From an uncultured Collinsella sp. (GTDB lineage Bacteria > Actinomycetota > Coriobacteriia > Coriobacteriales > Coriobacteriaceae): a stretch of DNA of 64,000 bases. Below are positions 56,362 to 64,000 of this stretch, one piece after another. A model generated the notes under the pieces. The model was given only the letters and a program-made list of their open reading frames with translations, did no database searches and was not told the origin of the DNA. Position 1 is the first letter of the stretch; every line of letters begins with the position of its first letter. Location of the stretch: contig CALEXE010000105.1 of NCBI GenBank assembly GCA_937925265.1, forward strand, positions 12,557-76,556, in the 5' to 3' direction. Position numbers and translations under genes: made by a program.

Positions 56362-56427
56362 GTTTTTAGATACAATGGGTCCAGAAGCAGATGGGCCAGC
56401 TCCCTCTTCCCAAGAAGGAGATGGACT

Positions 56428-56514
56428 ATGAGTATTAACGATGTCCTGACGTTGTTGTTGCTTGTAATCGCGGCTGTGGAGCTCGGCATCCACATTGGAG
56501 GTCGAATGAAATAG
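56428..56514 (+). CDS. 28-aa hydrophobic peptide, putative type I toxin MSINDVLTLLLLVIAAVELGIHIGGRMK
   Basis: AAGGAG RBS, single TM segment, basic C-terminus, and complementary 5' and 3' UTRs. Confidence 0.75.
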   Translation: MSINDVLTLLLLVIAAVELGIHIGGRMK

Positions 56515-56599
56515 CCGCCCCCGCGTAATGCGAAGACGGCCACTTCTCACGCTACAAACGTGTTTGGGAGTTGGCTAACCCGCTGCAACGGGTGCCATC
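56508..56599 (-). ncRNA. putative antisense antitoxin RNA
   Basis: Minus-strand TTGAAA-17nt-TAAGAT promoter (56634-56606) and a GCCGTCTTCGC...GCGGGGGCGGC hairpin followed by TATTTC over the toxin stop. Confidence 0.55.
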
Positions 56600-56715
56600 T
56601 GCTTCATCTTATGCGAATCCCTGCCTCATTTCAACAAGCCCCTAGGGCTCAAATGGAATCGCGATAATACCTATAATGGCGATAGCTAAAACACGATTCG
56701 CTTCCCCATCGGAGG

Positions 56716-57513
56716 ATGTCTATGACCGAAACTGCTGCACTCGTCGAGACACGCGACACCAAGCTCGAGATCATCATGGGCCGCGAGGCACTCGATAAGC
56801 TCGCCGATGCTACGGTGTTGGTGCTCGGCTGCGGAGGCGTGGGCTCTAACTGCTGCGAGGCACTTGCCCGCGGCGGCATCGGGCATTTTGTGATTCTGGA
56901 CAAGGACATCATCGCGCCCAGCAATATCAATCGCCAGTCCATCGCCTTTCACAGCACCGTCGGCAAGCGCAAGGTCGATGTTATGGAAGCCATGATCCAC
57001 GATATCAATCCCGCCACCACCGTCATCAAGCGAACTGAATATCTGCTGAGCGACAATATCGACGAGTTCTTTACGAGCGTTTTTGAGCAGACGGGCGGCA
57101 AGCTCGACTACGTCGTCGACGCCATCGACACCATCTCGGCCAAGCTCACCATTGCCAAATATGCTCAAGATCACGACATTCGTTTAGTTAGCTCTATGGG
57201 CGGGGCCAACAAGCTGCATCCCGAATGCTTGCGTTTTGCCGATATCTTTGACACCGTGCGCGACCCCATGAGCCGCATCATGCGCAAAGAGTGCAAAAAG
57301 CGCGGCATCAAGAGCCTGCACGTGCTGTTTAGCTGCGAGGAATCGGTTAAAACCCAGCCCCGCGACCCTTCCAACATCCACGAGCGCACCGAGCTGGGAA
57401 CCGCGAGCTTTATGCCGCCCATCATGGGCCAGATGATCGCCGGCGAGGTTATACGCCAGATCAGTGGGCGCGGGTGCGAGCGCGTGCGCGCCGACGGCCA
57501 GCGCTTGGACTAG
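56716..57513 (+). CDS. tcdA: tRNA threonylcarbamoyladenosine dehydratase (ThiF family)
   Basis: GCGGVGS, SNINRQ, VDAID, SSMGGANK and DPMSRIMRKE. Confidence 0.88.
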   Translation: MSMTETAALVETRDTKLEIIMGREALDKLADATVLVLGCGGVGSNCCEALARGGIGHFVILDKDIIAPSNINRQSIAFHSTVGKRKVDVMEAMIHDINPATTVIKRTEYLLSDNIDEFFTSVFEQTGGKLDYVVDAIDTISAKLTIAKYAQDHDIRLVSSMGGANKLHPECLRFADIFDTVRDPMSRIMRKECKKRGIKSLHVLFSCEESVKTQPRDPSNIHERTELGTASFMPPIMGQMIAGEVIRQISGRGCERVRADGQRLD

Positions 57514-57527
57514 CAGGATGCCCTGCG

Positions 57528-58310
57528 ATGGAACCGCGATTCTTTGACACGCATTGTCATCTTGATTTGATGCTCAGCCCCGATGCTGCAGCCAGTGAGT
57601 CGGCGGCGTTGGGTCTGGGGCTCTTTGACTGCGGGGTCGACCCACGCGACTTCGCGGCAGCAAAAAAGCGGGCCAGCCGATACCCAAACATTATCGCGGG
57701 CGCCGGCCTCCATCCCTGGTGGCTCGCCGACGGCCGCTGCGGTCCTGCCGAAGTCAATCTGCTTTGCGAAGTTGCTGACCAAGAGCGCTATATCGGCGAG
57801 GTAGGACTCGACTTTTCCGCGCGCTTTGCCGGAAGCGAACCGCTTCAAATACAGGCACTTGACCGTCTCTGCGATGCACTCGTGCAGTACCCTCTCGCCG
57901 GGCGCGTGATATCAATTCACGCTGTTCGTTCGGCAGGAACCGTACTGGACGCCCTTGAGTCATATGGATTGCTCACCCCAAGCCCCAACTCCCCCGCCAT
58001 CATCTTCCACTGGTTTAGCGGCACCTCGAACGAGTTCGACCGTGCGCGAAACGCAGGCTGCTATTTTTCCGTGAACGAGCGGATGCTCGCTACCAAGCGC
58101 GGTCGTGAATACGCCCGACAGATCCCACTCGACCGTCTGCTGCTCGAAACCGACGCTCCAGCCGAACCGCAAGCAGATGCAAGCGCGCGACAGCTCATCA
58201 CATCGCTAAAAAGCGCCTCCCTGCACATCGCCGAACTTAAAAACTGCGCCGAGGAGAGCGTCGAATCAACCGTTTTAGGAAATTCGCACTCCATATTTGA
58301 CTTCAACTGA
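57528..58310 (+). CDS. TatD family nuclease
   Basis: DTHCHLD, GLHPW, IGEVGLD, SIHAV, FHWFSG and LLETDAP. Confidence 0.92.
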   Translation: MEPRFFDTHCHLDLMLSPDAAASESAALGLGLFDCGVDPRDFAAAKKRASRYPNIIAGAGLHPWWLADGRCGPAEVNLLCEVADQERYIGEVGLDFSARFAGSEPLQIQALDRLCDALVQYPLAGRVISIHAVRSAGTVLDALESYGLLTPSPNSPAIIFHWFSGTSNEFDRARNAGCYFSVNERMLATKRGREYARQIPLDRLLLETDAPAEPQADASARQLITSLKSASLHIAELKNCAEESVESTVLGNSHSIFDFN

Positions 58311-58315
58311 CCCCG

Positions 58316-58545
58316 GTGGGCAAAAAACGCCAAATATGAGTACTGCTGCAAAGCTAGTAGCATTATATTGTGACAAAAGAACGCCTTGATAATGTACAGC
58401 TGTTCATTATCAAGGCGTTTTAGCATGGCTAAAGCCATATTTAACAGGTTATAATCGCCCCCAGGCGCTCAACCAGGGCCTTAAAAGCATAATTTCCCTG
58501 TTACTAAATTAGTGACAGTACTCATATTTGGCATTTTTGTCCACG
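58316..58545. repeat. AT-rich MITE-like element with long terminal inverted repeats
   Basis: GCCAAATATGAGTACTG (58329-58345) and its reverse complement (58516-58532). Internal AACGCCTTGATAATG / CATTATCAAGGCGTT hairpin. Confidence 0.7.
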
Positions 58546-58573
58546 AACCCCTAAAGAGCCTCCAACAGACCCC

Positions 58574-59233
58574 CTAAGAAAGCTCAAGCAGCTCGGGCAG
58601 CTGGTCGATAATCTTGTCCGCGGCATCCTGGCTAAAGCCAAAGCGTTCCTCGCGCTTGGCAACGACCGTCAGGCCGGCTCGCTTGCCGGCAGTGATGCCA
58701 GGCACCGAATCCTCAACGCAGCAGCAGCGATTCGCGGGCAGCCCCAGCAGGTCCAGCGCATGCAGGTAGATGTCGGGCTCGGGCTTGCTCTCCTTAAACT
58801 GCTCGCCACTCACCACATACTCAAAGGCATCCGACAGCCCGCATGCGTTGAGCACTTCTTCGATGCTATCCATGGGAGACGAGCTGGCAAGCGCCACGCG
58901 AACGCCACGGCGCGGCAGCTCTCGAATCGTATCCACGGCGCCCGGGTTAATCAAAGCCTGATAGTCGCGCGAACGCTTATGCGCCCACTCATCCCAACGG
59001 GCCAACGCTTCCTCGCCAGTGAAATGCCCCTTACCGGCGCGCTCAAACCAATCGACCAGCATATGCAGGAAGAACTGATGCGAGGTACCGACTTGCCCAT
59101 TCAACTCCTCTTGAGTCAGGTTAAGCCCAAGCTCCTTGGCAAACGCGGCAGTCTCGCCCAGGTAGTAATACTCGGTATCGACAATGACACCGTCCATGTC
59201 AAAGATAACGGCGTCGAACGGAAATGCGGACAC
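58574..59233 (-). CDS. HAD family phosphatase
   Basis: IFDMDGVIVDTE, LASSS, KPEPDIY and VEDS. GTG start. Confidence 0.9.
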   Translation of the reverse strand: MSAFPFDAVIFDMDGVIVDTEYYYLGETAAFAKELGLNLTQEELNGQVGTSHQFFLHMLVDWFERAGKGHFTGEEALARWDEWAHKRSRDYQALINPGAVDTIRELPRRGVRVALASSSPMDSIEEVLNACGLSDAFEYVVSGEQFKESKPEPDIYLHALDLLGLPANRCCCVEDSVPGITAGKRAGLTVVAKREERFGFSQDAADKIIDQLPELLELS

Positions 59234-59297
59234 GGCACCCTCCCTAACAAAAGGGCGCCCGCAAGCAGGCGCCCAAACCATGCATTAATCGGCGATT

Positions 59298-60140
59298 CTA
59301 ACCCAGCAGCTTATCCAGCGCCACTGCAATACCGTCTTCGTTGTTATTGGCGGTTACCATCTGGGCAACTGCCTTAACCTCATCGACGGCGTTGCCCATG
59401 GCAACACCGGTGCCGGCCCACTCAATCATGGACTTGTCGTTCTGGCCGTCGCCAAACGAGACGACCTCGCTGGCATCGATACCGAGCTTGGGCAGGGCAC
59501 CCTCGAGCGCACGGGCTTTGTCGATACCGGGCGCCGTGTACTCAAAGTACCAGTCGGCCGTAAACATGCCCGAAAGCGTCTGGGTAAAGGGCGCATACAT
59601 CTCCTCGTAATGCGCCTGCAGGTAGGTCGGATCACCCGCCGTCAGCAGCTTGTCCACGGGATAAGTGTCCACGACCTCATGCAAGCTCTCGACCTCGCGA
59701 ATCTTAAGATCGCACGCATCGCGCTCATACTTGACGATATTCTTCTGCGAACCGTCCGGCAGTGTGATCATGCAATGGTACGAGTCCTCGACGTGCAAAT
59801 CGCGACCGAGCGAAATCATAGGGATCACGTCATAGTTTTGCAGATGATCAATCAGACGGTGCAGTTCGTCAGCCGGCATGGCCTGGTCAAAAAGGACCTC
59901 ATCGGTCTGAGCGTCGACCACGTGCGCGCCATTAAAGGCAACTAGCAGACCGTCATGGTTTTGAAGGTCGAGCTCCTGCGCCAAGGCGTGCAACCCCCAT
60001 GCGGGACGGCCCGAAGCCAAGATGAGCTTAATGCCCGACTCCTGCGCCGCGAGCAGCTTCTCGCGCGTACGCGGGCTGATGACCTTTTGGTCGTTGGTGA
60101 GCGTACCGTCGATATCCATTGCGATGGCTTTGATTGCCAT
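59298..60140 (-). CDS. Cof-type HAD-IIB hydrolase
   Basis: MDIDGTL, ASGR, FGDGQND and AMGNA. Confidence 0.92.
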   Translation of the reverse strand: MAIKAIAMDIDGTLTNDQKVISPRTREKLLAAQESGIKLILASGRPAWGLHALAQELDLQNHDGLLVAFNGAHVVDAQTDEVLFDQAMPADELHRLIDHLQNYDVIPMISLGRDLHVEDSYHCMITLPDGSQKNIVKYERDACDLKIREVESLHEVVDTYPVDKLLTAGDPTYLQAHYEEMYAPFTQTLSGMFTADWYFEYTAPGIDKARALEGALPKLGIDASEVVSFGDGQNDKSMIEWAGTGVAMGNAVDEVKAVAQMVTANNNEDGIAVALDKLLG

Positions 60141-60375
60141 ATATGCCTCCCTGTCATTGAACAACCTTGCCTGAGTCATCATACAGAACACCCACGGCGG
60201 CGCTGTTTACAACGGGAAAATGTCATATTGTCCCAAACATGAACGGCGCGCCTTCGACGATTGCGATGCCCGTCGAGGCGCCTCCCGATACATTCCATCC
60301 TATCCAAATAGCAAGGGGCCCGTATCCCAACGGATACGGGCCCCTTTCAGCCATAAGCCAACTCGGCCGTAAAAA

Positions 60376-62070
60376 CTACTTGCGATGAGCGCGATAGAAC
60401 TCGATGAGCGCCTGGGTCGAAGCGTCCTGCTCGGCCTTGGCGGCGTCGTCGTGGAAGGCCGGGGTGATCTGCTTGGCAAGCTGCTTGCCCAGCTCGACGC
60501 CCCACTGGTCGTAGGAGTCGATGCCCCAGACCGTGCCCTCGACAAACGTGATGTGCTCGTACAGGGCGATGAGCTCGCCGAGTGCGAACGGGGTCAGCGT
60601 GTCGCCGAAGATCGAGGTCGTCGGACGGTTGCCCTCAAAGCAGCGGGCCGGGACGATCTGCTCGGGCGTGCCCTCGGCACGAACCTCGTCGGCCGTCTTA
60701 CCAAAGGCGAGCGCCTTGGTCTGGGCCAGGAAGTTGCCCAGGAACAGCTCGTGGACGTCCTGGCCGCTGTCGGTTGCGGGGTTGGCAGTGTTGGCGAAAG
60801 CGATAAAGTCGGCCGGGACCACCACGGTGCCCTGGTGCAGCAGCTGGTAGAAGGCGTGCTGACCGTTGGTACCGGGCTCGCCCCAGAAGATCTCGCCGGT
60901 ATCGGAGGTCACAGCGCTGCCGTCCCAGCGGACATGCTTGCCGTTGGACTCCATGGTGAGCTGTTGCAGGTAGGCCGGGAAGCGGTGCAGATACTGGCAG
61001 TACGGCAGCACGGCGTGGCTCTTGGAACCGAAGAAGTTGACGTACCAGACGTTGAGCAGGCCCATCAGCGCGACGGCGTTGTTCTCGAGCGGGGTGTTGC
61101 AGAAGTACTCGTCGATGGCGTGGAAGCCCTCAAGGAACTGCTGGAAGCGCTCGGGGCCGAGCACGACGATCAGCGACAGACCCACGGCGGAGTCGACGGA
61201 ATAGCGGCCGCCGACCCAGTTCCAAAAACCGAAGGCGTTGGCGGGGTCGATACCGAAGGCCTCGACCTTTTCGAGCGCGGTGGAAACGGCAACGAAGTGC
61301 TTTGCCACGGCCTCGGCGTTCTGCTCATCGGAGCCATCGATGGCGCCCTGAGCCTTGAGCTGCTCGAGCATCCAGGTCTTGACCTCGCGGGCGTTGGTGA
61401 GGGTCTCGAGCGTGGTGAAGGTCTTGGAGACGATGATCACGAGCGTGGTCTCGGGATCCAGACCCTTGAGCTTCTCGGCCTGGTCGTTGGGATCGATGTT
61501 GGAGATATAGCGGCAATCGATACCGGCGTCGGCATAGGGACGCAGGGCCTCGTAAGCCATGACCGGGCCCAGATCGGAGCCGCCGATGCCGATGGACACC
61601 AGGTGCTCGATCTTTTTGCCGGTAACACCCTTCCACTCACCGGAGCGCACGCGCTCGGCGAAGGCATACATGCGGTCGAGAACCTCATGCACGTCGGCGA
61701 CGACGTCCTGGCCGTCGACGATGAGCTGGCCCTTCTCGCTTGCCGGGCGGCGCAGCGCGGTGTGCAGGACGGCGCGGTCCTCGGTGGTGTTGATGTGCTC
61801 GCCGGAGAACATGGCGTCGCGGCGCTCCTCGAGCTTCACCTCGCGGGCAAGATCGCACAGCAGCTTGACGGTCTCATCAGTCACCAGGTTCTTGGACAGG
61901 TCGAAGTGCAGGTCACCGGCGTCAAAGCTCAGCTTGTTCACGCGCTCGGCATCGGCGGCGAACCAGGCCTTGAGGTCGATACCCTCGGCCTCGAGCTTCT
62001 CCTGATGGGCCTCGAGCGCCTTCCAAGCGGCAGTCGACGTAGCATCGATAGGTGCGGCAACAGTTGCCAT
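60376..62070 (-). CDS. pgi: glucose-6-phosphate isomerase
   Basis: [27 protein letters not shown] and DQWGVELGK. Confidence 0.97.
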   Translation of the reverse strand: MATVAAPIDATSTAAWKALEAHQEKLEAEGIDLKAWFAADAERVNKLSFDAGDLHFDLSKNLVTDETVKLLCDLAREVKLEERRDAMFSGEHINTTEDRAVLHTALRRPASEKGQLIVDGQDVVADVHEVLDRMYAFAERVRSGEWKGVTGKKIEHLVSIGIGGSDLGPVMAYEALRPYADAGIDCRYISNIDPNDQAEKLKGLDPETTLVIIVSKTFTTLETLTNAREVKTWMLEQLKAQGAIDGSDEQNAEAVAKHFVAVSTALEKVEAFGIDPANAFGFWNWVGGRYSVDSAVGLSLIVVLGPERFQQFLEGFHAIDEYFCNTPLENNAVALMGLLNVWYVNFFGSKSHAVLPYCQYLHRFPAYLQQLTMESNGKHVRWDGSAVTSDTGEIFWGEPGTNGQHAFYQLLHQGTVVVPADFIAFANTANPATDSGQDVHELFLGNFLAQTKALAFGKTADEVRAEGTPEQIVPARCFEGNRPTTSIFGDTLTPFALGELIALYEHITFVEGTVWGIDSYDQWGVELGKQLAKQITPAFHDDAAKAEQDASTQALIEFYRAHRK

Positions 62071-62269
62071 AGAGTCCTCCTCAGCATACGGGCGCACGCC
62101 TCCATGCGCCCGGACATTCAGATGCCACTATTCTAGCGCAGGTCAAGACTATAATCAGCGAGCGTTGCCAATCGGCCCCCAAACGGCAACCGACCAAAAA
62201 GGGACAGGTTTAATTTGGCAGGTCAAACGCTTTACCAATCAAAAATAACCTATCCCTTTATGCCAAATA

Positions 62270-62794
62270 TTAGGCCGCAGCGCAGACGCTACCGAGCAAC
62301 TCACGCAGAGGAGACCCGATGCCCTCCAGCAGTTCGGGCGCGATGATGGCAAAAACGGGAACCTCGCCGGCCCCCACGACGGCAGGCACCTTGCCCTCCG
62401 AGACGATACATCCATAAGGGACAAAACCGTCTTCGCCGACATCGAGCGCCGCCATGCGACGGGCGAGCTCGTGCGCAAAGCCGGCAGTATCGGCATCGCC
62501 AATCGCCAAGACAAAGTCCACGCCTTCGTCGGTCGCCAGGGCCACGGCTTCGTCGATCAGCTCGTCTCCTCCGTCGCCTTCAACCGAGCCGCAGCGGAAA
62601 AGCACGCGCTCGAGCAGGGCGCGATCGAGCGAGCCCAGCGCCGCCGAAACGAGCTCATCACGCGTGTGCTTGTCGCCTCCCAGCACGACCAGTGCCTTGG
62701 TGCCGCCATAGTGGGCAACCAATCGCCCGCACCAGCGAGCCACATCCCCATCCGCAACCAAGCGCGTCGGCATACCAAACCCATAGTTGACCAT
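62270..62794 (-). CDS. degenerate iron-containing alcohol dehydrogenase N-terminal domain only
   Basis: FGMPTRLV, YGGTKALVVLGG and EGVDFVLAIG resemble the Fe-ADH N-terminus. The GGGS motif and the C-terminal domain are missing. Confidence 0.55.
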   Translation of the reverse strand: MVNYGFGMPTRLVADGDVARWCGRLVAHYGGTKALVVLGGDKHTRDELVSAALGSLDRALLERVLFRCGSVEGDGGDELIDEAVALATDEGVDFVLAIGDADTAGFAHELARRMAALDVGEDGFVPYGCIVSEGKVPAVVGAGEVPVFAIIAPELLEGIGSPLRELLGSVCAAA

Positions 62795-62957
62795 TATCCC
62801 CACAACCCTTCCGTGCTTTATGGTGGTATCAATCGTTAGCCTCATGCTACGAAGCGAGGTTTTCCGAGCTGTTTCACACTCTTTAGAGCTGCGTTAAAAC
62901 CCGATGCAGCCGCACGACCATACCTACCAAAACAAACCAGTCCCTTTTTGGTTGGTT

Positions 62958-63017
62958 TTGACGGTGCCCGCGCAAGCGGGTATTATCGAACAGGTATTCG
63001 ATAAGAACATGTGTTTG
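62958..63017 (+). promoter_or_regulatory. sigma70-type promoter with two LexA-like boxes
   Basis: TTGACG-17nt-TATTAT (62958-62986), CGAACAGGTATTCG (62987-63000) and AGAACATGTGTTTG (63004-63017). Confidence 0.75.
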
Positions 63018-63031
63018 ATGAGAGGGCCCAC

Positions 63032-64000
63032 GTGGAGCACGAGCAGCATACCTATATCTGCATCGACCTTAAGACGTTCTACGCCAGCGTCGAGTGCGTC
63101 GACCGCGGGCTCGACCCACTCACCACGTGCCTGGTCGTTGCCGACGAATCGCGCGGGCGCACGACCATCTGCCTCGCCATCACACAGGCCATGAAGGACC
63201 TCGGGATACGCAATCGCTGCCGTCTGTTCGAAATTCCCGATGGCATCGACTACATCACGGCCGTACCGCGCATGCAGCACTACATGGAGGTGTCGGCGAA
63301 AATCTACAGCATCTATCTTGAATACGTAAGCCCGCAAGACATTCACGTCTATTCAATTGACGAGTGCTTTATCGACGTGACGCCCTATCTAGACCTCTAC
63401 CACACCGATGCCGAAGGGTTCGCCTGCACGCTGCGCGACGAGGTCCTCGCGCGCACCGGCATCACGGCCACCGTCGGTATCGGCCCCAACCTATTCCAGG
63501 CTAAGGTAGCGCTCGATATTACCGCAAAGCACGTACCCAGCCGTATCGGCATCCTCGACGACGAAACCTTTCGCAAGGAGATCTGGCCGCATCGACCCAT
63601 CACCGATATCTGGGGTATCGGCCCCGGTGTGGCAGCCCGGCTCGAAAAGTACGGCGTCTACGACCTGATGGGTGTCGCCGCGCTCGACGAAAACCTGCTT
63701 TACGACGAGCTCGGTGTCAATGCCGAGTATCTCATCGACCACGCTTTCGGGCGCGAGCCAACAACCATCGCCGATATCCAAGCTTATCGCCCGCAGGCCA
63801 CCTCGACTACCACAGGACAGGTGCTCTCGAAGGGCTATGCCTACGAGCAGGCTTACACCGTTTTGCGTGAGATGGTCGACAACGCCGTGCTGGACTTGGT
63901 CGATAAGCACGTGGTGTGCGACAGCATCTCGCTCTTTGTGGGCTACGCGAGCGAGCGAGCCGACATACGCCGGCTCGACGCCAGCGGTACGGCGCAATAT
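63032..64000 (+). CDS. Y-family DNA polymerase (UmuC/ImpB-like), runs off the window
   Basis: GTG start; YICIDLKTFYASVEC, PRMQHY, VYSIDECFID and ITDIWGIG. Not in the ORF track because there is no stop within the window. Confidence 0.92.
   Translation, partial: MEHEQHTYICIDLKTFYASVECVDRGLDPLTTCLVVADESRGRTTICLAITQAMKDLGIRNRCRLFEIPDGIDYITAVPRMQHYMEVSAKIYSIYLEYVSPQDIHVYSIDECFIDVTPYLDLYHTDAEGFACTLRDEVLARTGITATVGIGPNLFQAKVALDITAKHVPSRIGILDDETFRKEIWPHRPITDIWGIGPGVAARLEKYGVYDLMGVAALDENLLYDELGVNAEYLIDHAFGREPTTIADIQAYRPQATSTTTGQVLSKGYAYEQAYTVLREMVDNAVLDLVDKHVVCDSISLFVGYASERADIRRLDASGTAQY

Noticed and set aside
1..64000. tRNA, rRNA, integrase or transposase genes
   Set aside because: None recognised by eye. 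A tRNAscan or ISEScan run would be needed to exclude them formally.

Overview
High-GC chromosomal segment that looks like a gut Coriobacteriia bacterium (Collinsella-like). That assignment is inferred from gene content and codon style and is not verified. Most of the window is housekeeping: the 5' end of arcA, ppk1, rlmD, maf, glf, pta, two tandem ackA, xseAB, rnd, an aspartate racemase plus D-Asp ligase, a lysine-riboswitch-controlled lysA::dapA-dapB-dapH operon, ldh, nadE, ettA, sdpRI, tcdA, tatD, pgi and a Y-family polymerase. The main discovery is an AT-rich island at about 46.4-50.9 kb. It carries a compact, tightly coupled operon: DUF2087-like protein, MFS exporter, 773-aa cobalamin-dependent radical SAM enzyme with two C-terminal RRE-like domains, and an unannotated 36-aa peptide (MDVINKDLLEQLKESQEEGVVVEVFDFEDYMDKFCH), followed by a terminator. 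This is a candidate new RiPP system. Other elements absent from the ORF track are a Trp leader-peptide attenuator before a TrpP-type ECF transporter, a candidate LexA-controlled type I toxin-antitoxin locus, a 30-aa membrane microprotein, and several families of structured palindromic intergenic repeats. All product calls come from motif recognition by eye; no searches were run.
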